A DNA stretch of 64,000 nt, taken from assembly GCA_043228905.1 (NCBI GenBank), contig JBHGNT010000002.1, positions 25,296,001-25,360,000 on the forward strand. The letters run 5' to 3'. The position numbers and the translations under genes were made by a program. Source of the DNA: Azolla caroliniana (taxonomy: Eukaryota; Plantae; Polypodiophyta). The notes under the pieces were generated by a model. That model had not been told where the DNA came from. It made no database searches and worked only from the letters and a program-made list of their open reading frames with translations. This document shows, piece after piece, positions 1 through 11,652 of this stretch. Every line of letters starts with the position of its first letter. Position 1 is the first letter of the stretch.

Positions 1-1500
1 TGCTGTCGAGGATCCGTTCTTCTAGGACCTTTCGTAGGTTCGTAGTCCTTTCTATTTCCGTCCCTAGTCGGTATCCGCCCTTCCTGGGGTTATCTTGCGA
101 GCTGGACCCACCGGCATCGTTCCGTCGTTGCCCGAATCGGGTCTCGTACCGTTGTGAGGGCTCGGCCGCTCCGGCTTTCCCCATTCGTTTGTCTTCTACC
201 AGAGCCTCGTAGTTCCGGCAGGCGGCTTCTACGAAGCCTGTCTTCTCCTCGACCGGATCGCTCCACCCGGTTATTTCCCGGACCCGTCTCTCAGCGCGGT
301 CCGTTTCATCTTTCCTCAGTCGTGCGCCGGCGAGGCCTTCCAGCATTGCCGACCAGAATCCGTCTTTGCTCTCCTTTTGGGCCTCGCTGCCCCCGACCCG
401 AATACCGGCCGACGCCGAGTAGTGGATGGCCTCCACGTGTCGGGCCGTTGCCTCTTCCATCAGTCTCTTCATACCTCCTCGCCCGTCATTTCGGTTTAGG
501 GCCCTCCTGGTGTCACCGGCGTGCACCCGACCTTCCCACAGGTACACCACCCGGTTCCTCAACGCCTCTGCGAAATTGCCGCAGTCCTTCCGAATGTGGC
601 CGACCTCGTCGCACCACATGCACCTGTTCCCCGCAGCCGGTCGTCGGTCACGAGCCGGTTCGCCGCCTTCCCTTCGAGTCTGGGCGATCTGGAGATCCTT
701 TATCGCCCGCGTCAACTCCTCCAGCGCTGCTCCTCCGGACGAGCCACTGACCATGCCGGTCGAAGCCGGACCGGTTTCGAGCCATTCCCGGGTTTCTTCC
801 CTTCGCCCTTGCGGTGCCGGTTCAAGCCTCCTTGCTGTGACAGAGCCCGCACCAGCCGCCCCGTTGTCAGCCCATTCTCGCCGTTTGTCGAAACGGCCAC
901 AGACTCTCTTAACCGCAGCCCAGTCGGTCGTCAGCCCGTCTTCGGTTTCCAACAAGGAGCCGACTTGATCCCGGTCCCGCTCGTCCACCAACTTGACGAA
1001 CAGTAGGACCTGGCTCGTATCCAGAACGGTTCGGTCAAGCGCCGAAAGGCGCGCAAAGCGTTCTTCGAACTCCCGGAGGAGTGCCGACGCGTTTCTTCCC
1101 TTGCCGGGGGACTCCACCCATTCCATGAAGTCTCGTTTTGAAAGCCGGAGCGCGTCGTCCAGCCCGTATTTTTCTAGGAGTCGGCCTTCGAACTCCTCCT
1201 AGGTACGGCTCTCCGCTCGCACCTCGAGCACCTCCGCATGGATGCTCGACATCGCCACTCGAGGAAACCCGGCAAGACGCCTCTCTTCCGGAATGTCCCG
1301 CATCAGCATTTCTGCCCCGTAGGACGCCAAATACTTCGTGGCATCCTTTCCGCTGAACCGGCCGATTGTACCGACGACCACCTCAATGGCTCTGTTGAGG
1401 GCGCCGGTGCCCTCGCGTGCGCTCAATATCCGATCCACGGCCGAAGCCATGGCCTCCGCAAGATCCGACCGCTTCATCTTCTGTTCTTCTGCCGCCTCCT

Positions 1501-1517
1501 TCACGTCGGGTTCACCA
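1501..1517 (-). promoter_or_regulatory. Primer-binding site complementary to the 3' end of tRNA-Trp(CCA)
   Basis: Plus strand reads TCACGTCGGGTTCACCA, matching the 3' end of plant cytosolic tRNA-Trp including CCA (tRNA sequence recalled, not searched). It lies 3 nt inside the LTR boundary. Confidence 0.85.
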
Positions 1518-1520
1518 AGA

Positions 1521-2150
1521 TGTCAAGGTATCCCTCGCGGATGCGTGGAATGAGGCGGGACCTTGGGGGTCTTGTACCGAAGAGCAATAGAGAAAGGAGA
1601 GGGAAAGGACCCACTACGTGCGAGCGTAGATCCACTGGGACACGGCCCTTCGACACGAAGACACAAGCAGGGAAACAAACACAGAGAGGCACGAAGGTAT
1701 GTATGTATATATTAACAGAGACAAACAACAAGAAGCACGAAGTCGGTTACAACCGAACAGGCCGGTGAACAGATGCCGATGCCTGTTCGCAAACGCTCAG
1801 AAAGAAAGGAGTAGGTTGGAGGTGCTGCCGGAAGCACTCGGGTGTTCCTCAGAGCAGCGCGAGCCTCCCGAAACCTGCACAGAAAGAAGCTACGGAGAGT
1901 ATGGAAGAGAGAAAAGCCTTCGACCGACAACCCGACAACACTTCGTCCTCTCTGTTTCCGCGATCCCCCTCTCCCCTCCTCGTCTCCCTCCTTTTATATG
2001 CAAGGAAGGAGCCGTTTCCCATTAACTTCCTACCTACCGGATCTACCTACCTAGGATCTTCTATGTACAACATAAGGCGTACGTGTATGAAGAGCCGGTT
2101 CCTACGCTCCGGTGCACTAATTCCGCTTGTGGACGGTTTTCTTCACGACA
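1521..2150 (-). repeat. 5' LTR of gypsy copy 1
   Basis: Minus strand TGTCGTGAAGAAAACC...CCTTGACA, homologous to the LTRs at 4677-5294 and 11029-11652. Confidence 0.9.
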
Positions 2151-2399
2151 ACGGTTTAAAGGCTTATCAGTTTATCGGTTTCGGTTTAGAGGTTTGGTTT
2201 TTAGGTTTTTAGATTTAAAAATAAAAATCCAATCCTAAAGTCTAAGTATTGACTCTTGCCTCCTGACTCTCTCTTCTGCATGCCTTCATAGACTACAGTA
2301 CATACTCTCTCCTGCGCTACCTCTGTCCTCATACTAACTCCTAACTCTTGAGTCCTAACACCTTAGTCCTCTTCAAAGTTCCTACTACAGTCTACAATA

Positions 2400-3960
2400 T
2401 ACTATAACACGTTACACAGGTATGTATTGATTGACTATTTTGGGTTCGTTTAAGGTTCTGAATGTGTACAAGACACTCTTCAACAGTCTAATAAGTGAGA
2501 AGCTTTGAATTTCCTCGTGGTATATGTCGAGGGAGAATTTTGGTTTGGTTATGTTTTGAATGTATACTAGACTTTCATTGTACAAATAAGACGATTTTGG
2601 TTTTCTCCTGGTATATATAGAGAGATGAGCATGGTTTAGTCTGAGTAAAAGTTGATTCTTCTCTAGATACTTATTGATGATTTGGTTTTCTCTTGTTACA
2701 TATATGCCAACCATTTCGTTTAATGTGATTCATCTGAGACTGGCCTAAGGAACCTCAGAGAGCTGTAAAATCACAATTGAAACACTGATTGTGCTTATCT
2801 CACCACTGGGGTAGTTTTCTAAATAAAGATTTCCTTACAATTTCCTATTAACTAATGACTTAATTCCACATCCAGAGAGCTAGATTTCTATTGCACAAAG
2901 AATTTGACACCATGTTGACCTTCAAAGGTTTGTGCTTCTCAATATTTCTTTTATTGATAATTAATGTAAAGTAAGCCCTGAACCCATGAGAAATTTAAGC
3001 TTATTCATCTCTAAAAGTCATACATAGAGCTCCCACACTATTCCAATGAGTACACCAGAAAAGAGAGTAAATCAGTTATGATTCCCTGGGGTTTTTGCTT
3101 TTTAACATAATTCTTCCTCTCTAAAATCAAATTTCGAGGCAGTCTGAACAAGGCAGTCTTGAGAATGTTGTTTGAACAAGGCAATCTTTCTCATGCCACC
3201 AAAGAGTAACCTTGTTAAAAAAAATGCATTAGCTTCTAACCTATCCACTCAATTATACCTTTTACTTGAATTTTATGTAGGGCCTAACTAAAGTGACTTT
3301 CTAAGGCTCGACTCTTTTGATTGGATATTCACACCTCCACACAATAGAATCCAATGCTAACTAGGTTGATCATATGATGATCCATTGGTGTACAAGCTGT
3401 GGCTCCTTGCACCAAGGACTATTGGCCCTTAGCTGTTTCACATTTGTTAGGTTCTATGCTATCTTGCCTCCCAGATTCATAATCTTGAGATCAAATCAGT
3501 TGCATGATCCTTGGGCCTTTTAGAGGAAGGTAACTCATATGACGAAGACTTTGAGAACGGATAATGCTCAAGAAAGCTTGTCAGGCCCTATCTTTGTGAA
3601 ATGTAGAGAACTTCGTTTCAATTTCATATGCATTAACATCCTTAACGAGAACCAAATATGTAGGTGCATGAGTTTTCATTATGTTTGGAATAGCAGAAGC
3701 TGAGATAACAGGAACAGATTCTCCTCTAAAATTTACATCCCAAACATGGGTCTTTCTTTGATGTACAATGGTGATCTTTTTGCTGCTGGTTGGATAAGAG
3801 GCTTAATTACATCAAGAAGAAATGGAGAAAACATCTTGGTCTAAGCATCTGGAAGCCCAACGTACGGTTGGACCATGTTGTCTTGAACAATATAAAGAAA
3901 AAAGAAAACTTTCTCGCTATCATCCCTGTTACCGGCCGACAACCTAAGAGTTAACAATCC
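2400..3960 (-). pseudogene. Heavily decayed Ty3/gypsy gag-pol remnant
   Basis: Broken minus-strand frames give VPVISASAIPNIMK..YLVLVKD and FSKSSSYELPSSKRPKDHATDLIS, resembling the gypsy PR-RT linker (F.DVFP.ELPP.R..DHAIDLIPG). Many stops. Confidence 0.4.
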
Positions 3961-4676
3961 CCTTTGCCTATTCTTTGAGATTCTGATCTGTATTCAAGTC
4001 TGCCCTTCAAATGAGTTGCAAAATCTGTTTAGAAAATACTAATTACATATATATACATATATATTATAGAGTAATTGCAAATAATTTAATGTCTGTATGC
4101 AATTTGAAGCGTCTTAATATGAAGCCTTACTTGAAGCTTCAAATGAAAAGCCAGATCCAGGAGACTAAATGGAAAAGGATGGCTTTTGGACCCTATAAGA
4201 CATAAAAATGGATTTGGTGAACACATAGAATTGATTTTTTGCCTTTTCTTTAATCTGCTATATTGTTCCCTAGAACGAGGACTCGTGGCTTGTTCCTAAA
4301 TAATTCATCAATCCAATGCTTGGTTCCTTGATGGATCCATCAATGCCTTGATAGTTAAGGTAAGTTGACTTTGATCACATCAACAATGTCTTGTTGGGTT
4401 TGATCGGGAACTATTATGTTTGTCAGTAATCTCACTTTGAGAAATTAGTGCTGGATTGACCTAACCACTTGGATCTGATTTTTAATAGAATCTCTTAATT
4501 CTTCTTTTAGTTTACTGTTTGATCGATATTAGAATAAGGCAAGGGGAAATTCCCATGCTTCACCTCTGAAAAAAAGAAATACTCAGTCCTGTCATTTATC
4601 CACACTTCTAACTTTTAAGTGAATTGATATAGAGTCGGTTTAAACACGTTTGCGTTCACAAGTGGAAGGATCACGC

Positions 4677-5294
4677 TGTCGTGAAGAAAACTGTCCACAA
4701 GCGGAATCGGTGCACCGGAGCGTAGGAACCGGCTCTTCATGCACGATCCTAGGTAGGTAGATTCGGTAGGTAGGAAGTTAATAGGAAACGGCTCCTTCCT
4801 TGCCTATAAAAGGAGGGAGACGAGGAGGGGAATGGGGATCGCAGAGAGTCGAGGACGAAGTGCTATCGGTCTAAGGGCGGAAGGCTTCTCTCTCTCTCTC
4901 TCTCTCTCGCTCGCAAACTCCGTAGCTTCTTGCTGTGCAGGTTTCGGGAGGCTCGCGCTGCTCTGAGGAATGCCCGAGTGCTTCCGGCAGCACCTCCAAC
5001 CTACTCTTTCCTTTCTGTGCGTTTACGAACAGGCATCGGCATCTGTTCGCCGGCCAATTCGGTTGTAACCGACTTCGTGCTTCCTGTTGATTGTCTTGTT
5101 TATATATATTTTACATACATTCGTGTCTCTCTGTGTCGCCGTCGCACTCGAGTCTCTGTGTCGAAGGGCCGTGTCCTTGTGAATCTACGCTCGCACCTTG
5201 TGGGTCTCTTCCCCTCTCCTTTTTTCTCTTGCTCTTCGGTACAAGACCCCGGGGTCCCGCCTCGTTCCACGCATCCGCGAGGAATACCTCGACA
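4677..5294 (+). repeat. 5' LTR of gypsy copy 2
   Basis: TGTCGTGAAG...CCTCGACA; TATAAAA at ~4805; (CT)n tract; roughly 97% identical by eye to 11029-11652. Confidence 0.95.
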
Positions 5295-5297
5295 TCT

Positions 5298-5314
5298 TGG
5301 TGAACCTGACGTGA
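5298..5314 (+). promoter_or_regulatory. PBS (tRNA-Trp), one mismatch
   Basis: TGGTGAACCTGACGTGA, 3 nt after the LTR; copy 1 has the perfect TGGTGAACCCGACGTGA. Confidence 0.85.
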
Positions 5315-5337
5315 AGGAGGCGGCAGAAGAGCAGAAG

Positions 5338-7474
5338 ATGAAGGGGTCAGATCTTGCAGGGGCCATGGCTTCGGCCGTGGATCGGATATTGAGTGCACGC
5401 GAGGGCAGCAGCGCCCTCAACAGAGCCATTGAGGCGGTCGTCGGTACGATCGGCCGGTTCAGCGGAAAGGATGCCACGAAGTATTTGGCGTCCTACGGGG
5501 CAGAAATGTTGATGCGGGACATTCCGGAAGAGAGGCGTCTTGCCGGGTTTCCTCGAGTGGCGATGCCGAGCATCCATGCGGAGGTGCTCGAGGTGCGGGC
5601 GGAGAGCCGTACCTGGGAGGAGTTCGAAGGCCGACTCCTAGAAAAATACGGGTTGAACGACGCACTCCGGCTTTCGAAACGGGACTTCATGGAATGGGTG
5701 GAGTCCCCCGGCAAGGGAAGAAACGCATCGGCACTCCTCCGGTAGTTCGAAGAATGCTTTGCGCGCCTTTCGGCGCTTGACCGAACTGTTCTGGATACGA
5801 GCCGGGTCCTACTGTTCGTCAAGTCGGTGGACGAGCGGGACCGGGATCAAGTCGGCTCCTTGCTGGAAACCGAAGACAGGCTGACAACCGACTGGGCTGC
5901 GGTTAAGAGAGTCTGTGGCCGTTTCGACAAACGGCGAGAATGGGCTGACAACGGGGCGGCCGGTGCGGGCTCGGTCACAGCAAGGAGGCTTGAACCGGCA
6001 CCGCAAGTGCGAAGGGAAGAAACCCGGGAATGGCTCGAAACCAGTCCGGCTTCGACCGGCTTCAACCGGCATGGTCAATGGCTCGTCCGGAGGAGCAGCG
6101 CTGGAGGAGTTGACGCGGGCGATAAAGGATCTCCAGATCGCCCAGACTCGAAGGGAAGGCGGCGAACCGGCTCGTGACCGACGACCGGCAGCAGGGAACA
6201 GGTGCATGTGGTGCGACGAGGTCGGCCACATTCGGAAGGACTGCGGCAATTTCGCAGAGGCGTTGAGGAACCGGGTGGTGTACCTGTGGGAAGGTCGGGT
6301 GCACGTCGGTGACACCAGGAGGGCCCTAAACCGAAACGACGGGCGAGGAGGTATGAAGAGACTGTTGGAAGAGGCAGCGGCCCGACACGTGGAGGCCATC
6401 CACTACTCGGCGTCGGCCGGTATTCGGGTCGGGGGCAGCGAGGCCCAAAAGGAGAGCAAAGACGGATTCTGGTCGGCAATGCTGGAAGGCCTCGCCCGCG
6501 CACGACTGAGGAAAGATGAAACGGACCGCGCTGAGAGACGGGTCCGGGAAATAACCGGGTGGAGCGACCCGGTCGAGGAGAAGACGGGCTTCGTAGAAGC
6601 CGCCTGTCGGAACTACGAGGCTCTGGTAGAACACAAACGAGTGGGGAAAGCCAGAGCGGCCGGGCCCTCACAACGATACGAGACCCGATTCGGGCAACGA
6701 CGGAACGAAGCCGGTGGGTCCAGCGCGCAAGATAACCCCAGGAAGGGCGGATACCGATTGGGGACGGAAATAGAAAGGACCACGGACCTACGAAAGGTCC
6801 TAGAAGAACGGATCCTCGACAGCAAAGTGGAGCTGTCATTGCGGGAGGTGTTAGGGATCGCCAAAAAGGAGTTCCACGACTCCATTGTGGACCTGGTGAA
6901 ACGGAAGAGGCTGTCGACGGAGACGGAACCGGAAAGACCGGTGGAGGTGCGGACGACGCACATCGACGACATGGCGCTGGAAGATGAGTGGGTGGAGAGC
7001 CACTATTCGAGGACACACTGGGCCCGAGCGACCACAGAGACCCCGATAAAGATCGGAGATGTTCAGGAACCGGTGGTGGCATTGGTGGACCACGATTCGG
7101 AAATAAACCTGATGTCCATGGACTTCTATAAGAAGGGAAAGTGGCCGATCAACACCAAGCACGGGTGGAAGATACGGGCGGCGACGCGCGCCACCGAGGA
7201 ACTGCATGGGGCCTGCCCGAACGTGCGAGTCAAGATCGGCGACGTCGAGATTGACCAACACTTCTTCGTACAGGACACATCCTCGCACCCAGTCATATTA
7301 GGGGAACCATACGTCACGGCGGCGAGAATGGAGACCAAAGTGCTGGACAACGGTTCGGCCTACGCGAGGGTCAAGAGCAAGGACGAGCGCCATTCGGTCC
7401 AATTTCTGACGGTGCGGCCGAACCACGAGCGAAACCGCGACTCCCTCGGTGGCGAGAACCGAGAGGATTTTTAG
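5338..7474 (+). pseudogene. gag: gag-protease ORF1 of gypsy copy 2 (disrupted)
   Basis: ATG at 5338. GAG>TAG stop at 5743 and a 10-bp duplication at 6051-6070, both absent in copy 1. CCHC knuckle; aspartic-protease motifs VALVDHDSEINLM and VILGEPY; ends GAG GAT TTT TAG. Confidence 0.88.
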
Positions 7475-10400
7475 AGAGGGCTGCCAAGGCGTGGGGCTGA
7501 GACAGCCTGGGCACTCGGGAAAGACCCCACGACTGTACGATAGAACCGAAACCGAAGAAACCCTTTATGATAGGTAGGAAATTTTGCTTCTCCAACAACG
7601 GAGGGTGTATGATAGTCGGCATCGTTGGCCGAGAAAAGACAAGGGCGGAAGTGCGACTTCGAGCATGCGGAGTTCTCGGCCCGGACGAGGAAATCAACGG
7701 AGCCGTGGAGGCGGTCTCCTTCGACGACACCTTGGGAATGCTGAGGAAGGTAGCCGGAGAAGACCTTAACGAAGACCGGACGATACCGGTATGTTCCGAA
7801 GAGATGTATGAAGCCATCGCGAACTTTAGTCGGGGGCTCGGGTCGGATCGGACGGCCCGAGTTAGCACGAAGTACAAGACTGTGGACCGGAAGGTAAGGC
7901 CAGTCGCGGCACCCTTACTAGAGGGCAGCAGGTCCCGGATCAGAGGGGTTGCGTCAGACCCCAGTTTGTGAGATCCGGTCTGCATAGGACACACCTTCAC
8001 CGACGGAACGCTCCGGGAGCTCAAAATCGGTGGGGGCGGGTTCCTACTGCCGGCGGAGGAAGACCGGTTTCGGAGAATGCTCGGAAGGCACGGGAAAGCC
8101 TTCGCATTCTCACAGGAAGAGATCGGGTGCGTAGACCCGACAATCGTGGAGCCGATGGTGATATTCACGGTACCGCATGTGCCGTGGAATCTCAAGCCGA
8201 TTCCAGTACCGAGAGCTCACATCCCGAAGTTGATGCAGCTATTGAGCCAGAAAGTCGATATGGGCATTCTCGAACCGTCGAGCGCCCCATACTCGAACCG
8301 ATAGTTTACCGTACCAAAGAAAAACGGAACATTGCGCTTCATTCAGGACCTGCAGCTGGTCAACAGAGTGACCATTTGGAACGCAGGAATCGGACCGACC
8401 ATAGACGAGTTCGCGGAGGCCTTCGCCGGAAGGTCGATTTACTCGGTCAGTGATCTGTACTCGGGGTACGACCAGTTCCAGCTAGCCGTGGAGAGCAGAG
8501 ACATTACGACGATGCGAACTCCCCTCGGCCTAGTGCGAATGTGTACCCTGCCACAAGGAGGGACCAACTCGGTGGCCCACATGGTGAATGCATTGAACAA
8601 GGTACTGAGGGATTGCATCCCAGACATCACCATGCCATTTCTAGACGACATTCCGATCAAGGGATGCCCGGTAGAAGAGAAGGACACAACACTCGGACCG
8701 GACGGATGTCGGCGATTCGTGGCAACACACATCGACGACTGCGAGAAAGTGCTACAAAGGCTAGAGGATGCAAGGCTCACCTTCTCCGGGGAGAAATTGG
8801 CCTTCGGGCAATCAAAATTCCTGGTGGTCGGACACCTATGTGGACCATATGGCCGGAAGCCGTCTCCGGCAAAGGTAGAAGCCATCTCCGCGATGAAGAC
8901 CGACTGTAGCTCGGTTACGGAAGTTCGGAGGTTCCTGGGGGCATGCACATTCTACCACATATGGATCCCGCATTATGCCCACGTTGCGGAGCCGCTATAC
9001 GGGTTGCTGAAGAAAGGGCGAAAATTCGAGTGGCAAGACGAGCACACGGAGTCGGTCCGGAAGCTGAAGGAAGCTCTTGCGGCAGCACCGGCGCTCCGGA
9101 AGGCTGTCTACGAGAAGGGTACCCCAGTATACATAACGGTGGATACGAGTCCGATCGGGATCGGATGGGTCGTCAACCAAGAAGACGGGGACGGCATTTG
9201 GTTCCCGATCCGATTCGGCGCGAAGGTCCTCAGTGAGCGACAACGAGGGTACGCCCAGGTTAAACGCGAACTCTGGGGTATCGTTTCGGCAGTAAAGGCC
9301 GACAAAGACTACCTGATCGGGACAGAAGTAGTTATCGCGAACTCTGGGGTATCGTTTCCGGATGCGCGACACCAGACCTGGCGATGCTCAGGTGGATAGC
9401 GTACATCAAGTCCCTGGACCTGGAAATACGACACATTTCCGGAAAAGACAACGCCATGGCCGACATGCTTTCGAGGGCGAGGTTTGATGACGAGGGCGAC
9501 ATGGTTTCGGAGGACGAAGAAGTCGGCGTGGACTTCTTCGAGGCGGCGTACGTGACGACCGATGGGGCGAGCACTCCGGCACTTAACGGCTTCGACGAGA
9601 GCAAGTACGACGGCGAGTGGCTACAGATCGGTGGGTTTTTGAGGACAATGACGCCGGATGCGTCATGGACGAGGGACGAGACCAACCGGATCCGGAAGAA
9701 AGCATACCGATTCTTTCTCCGGGACGGATACTTATGGAAGCACCCGAAGAAGAGGAACGGCGTCCCGCTCCGGGTGGTGGCGATGAAGGAAGAACAGGAG
9801 GAGCTGCTGACGACCTACCACAACAGCCCTTGGGCTGGACACCGTGGAACGTGGGCCACGTTCGAGAAGATAAAGGGGAAGTACTAGTGGTCGGGACTGT
9901 ACCGGGACGTGCATCGGTTCGTGACAACTTGCGAGAGCTGTCAGATGCACTCCATAGTCCGGCATCGGGACGAGCTTCACCCTACATACCCTCCGACCAT
10001 CCACTTCAAATGGATGGTAGATCTGGTGACGATGCCGATTGGCGTAGGACAGATGCGGTATCTGGTCCTGGCTTTGGAAGATCTGACGAATCAGGTGGAA
10101 GGCCGAGCCCTTCAGAACAAAACAACCGCGGCCGTATGTCGGTTCCTGATCGAGGACGTGATATGCCGGTACAGGTGCGTCGGGAAGATCGTGGCTGATC
10201 GCGGGGCGTTGGACGTCGAAGAGGCCGAGGAGCTGTTTGACCGGCTAGGAGTCAAGCTCTCGCTTACCACTGCGTACAATCCGGAGGCGAATGGGAAGGT
10301 GGAGCGCGGACACGGACCGATCGTCAAGGCGTTAGTTCGGGCATGCGGAGGTCAAGTCGGGAACTGGCCGCGGCTGTTGCCTTACGCGTTGTGGGCGGAC

Positions 10401-10955
10401 CGAACTACGCACAGTTCGGTAACCGGATTCATGCCGGCAGAGCTCATGTTTGGGCAGAAGCCGATCATGCCGATGGAACGTACGATCTCCTCATGGGCAA
10501 CCGTGGACTGGAAAGACGAGATGAGCTAGGAGGAACTGTTGGCGGCGCGCATACGACAGCTCGAGCGAAGACCGGAGGACGTGGAGCAGGCTGCGGAAAG
10601 GCTTCGGGTGGCAAGGACGAGGAACAAAGCCCGGTTCGACCGGACGCACCGGCTCTGACCGAAGAAGATCGAGGAAGGCGACTGGGTGCTAGTCTACGAC
10701 AGCAACCTCGACAACCAGCACCGAGCGACACGGAAGTTCGCAAGAAGGTGGTTCGGGCCTTACGTGGTACAAAGCGCCAACGGCAACGGGACGTACCATC
10801 TGGCGGAACTCGACGGCACGAGAATGGCGATACCGGTAGCTGGGAAGCGGATCAAAGCGTTCAAGAAGCGTCACGACGACGAGCCGGATCCGGTTGACCT
10901 GGACCGCAACGACGAACGATCCGAAACCGAGGAAGAACCGACGGGCGGGGAATGA
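7471..10955 (+). pseudogene. pol: pol ORF2 (RT-RNase H-integrase) of gypsy copy 2, in the -1 frame relative to ORF1
   Basis: RT motifs SDLYSGYDQ, LPQGGTNS and PFLDD; RNase H TVDTS and KRELWG; integrase H..H..C..C, WMVD/VADRG/KVERG and WFGPY. Interrupted by stops at 7498, 7969, 8302, 9885 and 10527 among others, and a frameshift near 9340. Confidence 0.92.
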
Positions 10956-11015
10956 AGACTGGACCGGTTTTCTCCGTCCCAGCTCAATTGGGCGCATGCT
11001 GGTGGATGCGCGGTT

Positions 11016-11028
11016 AGGTGGGGGCGGA
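11016..11028 (+). promoter_or_regulatory. Polypurine tract
   Basis: AGGTGGGGGCGGA immediately 5' of the 3' LTR; the same tract occurs in copy 3 (13033-13045, minus). Confidence 0.85.
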
Positions 11029-11652
11029 TGTCGTGAAGAAAACCGTCCACAAGCGGAATCAGTGCACCGGAGCGTAGGAACCGGCTCTTCATGCACGATC
11101 CTAGGTAGGTAGATTCGGTAGGTAGGAAGTTAATAGGAAACGACTCCTTCCTTGCCTATAAAAGGAGGGAGACGAGGAGGGGAATGGGGATCGCAGAGAG
11201 TCGAGGACGAAGTGTTGTCGGTCTGTGGGCGGAAGGCTTCTCTCTCTTTCTCTCTCTCTCTCTCTCGCTCGCAAACTCCGTAGCTTCTTGCTGTGCAGGT
11301 TTCGGGAGGCTCGCGCTGCTCTGAGGAATGCCCGAGTGCTTCTGGCAGCACCTCCAACCTACTCTTTCCTTACTGTGCGTTTACGAACAGGCATCGGCAT
11401 CTGTTCGCCGGCCTGTTCGGTTGTAACCGACTTCGTGCTTCCTGTTGATTGTCTTGTTTATATATATTTTACATACATTCGTGTCTCTCTGTGTCGCTGT
11501 CGCACTCGTGTCTCTGTGTTGAAGGGTCGTGTCCCTGTGAATCTACGCTCGCACCTTGTGGGTCTCTTCCCCTCTCCTTTTTTCTCTTGCTCTTCGGTAC
11601 AAGACCCCGGGGTCCCGCCTCGTTCCACGCATCCGCGAGAAATACCTCGACA
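11029..11652 (+). repeat. 3' LTR of gypsy copy 2
   Basis: TGTCGTGAAG...CCTCGACA, direct repeat of 4677-5294. Confidence 0.95.

Larger units (their letters stand above)
1..2150 (-). mobile_element. Ty3/gypsy LTR retrotransposon copy 1, 5' part only (5' LTR, PBS, gag); runs off the left edge
   Basis: Reverse complement is colinear with 4677-~6820. Gag starts MKRSDLAEAMAS at 1477 on the minus strand, has a TGG>TAG stop at 1199-1201, and contains the CCHC knuckle CMWCDEVGHIRKDC. Confidence 0.93.
4677..11652 (+). mobile_element. Full-length but defective Ty3/gypsy LTR retrotransposon copy 2 (no chromodomain)
   Basis: Two ~620-bp TG...CA LTRs, PBS, PPT, and domain order gag-PR-RT-RH-INT. Several nonsense changes and two frameshifts. 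Confidence 0.97.

Noticed and set aside
1501-1517. tRNA-Trp gene
   Set aside because: Only 17 nt of the 3' end, including CCA, adjacent to an LTR; this is a PBS, not a tRNA gene.
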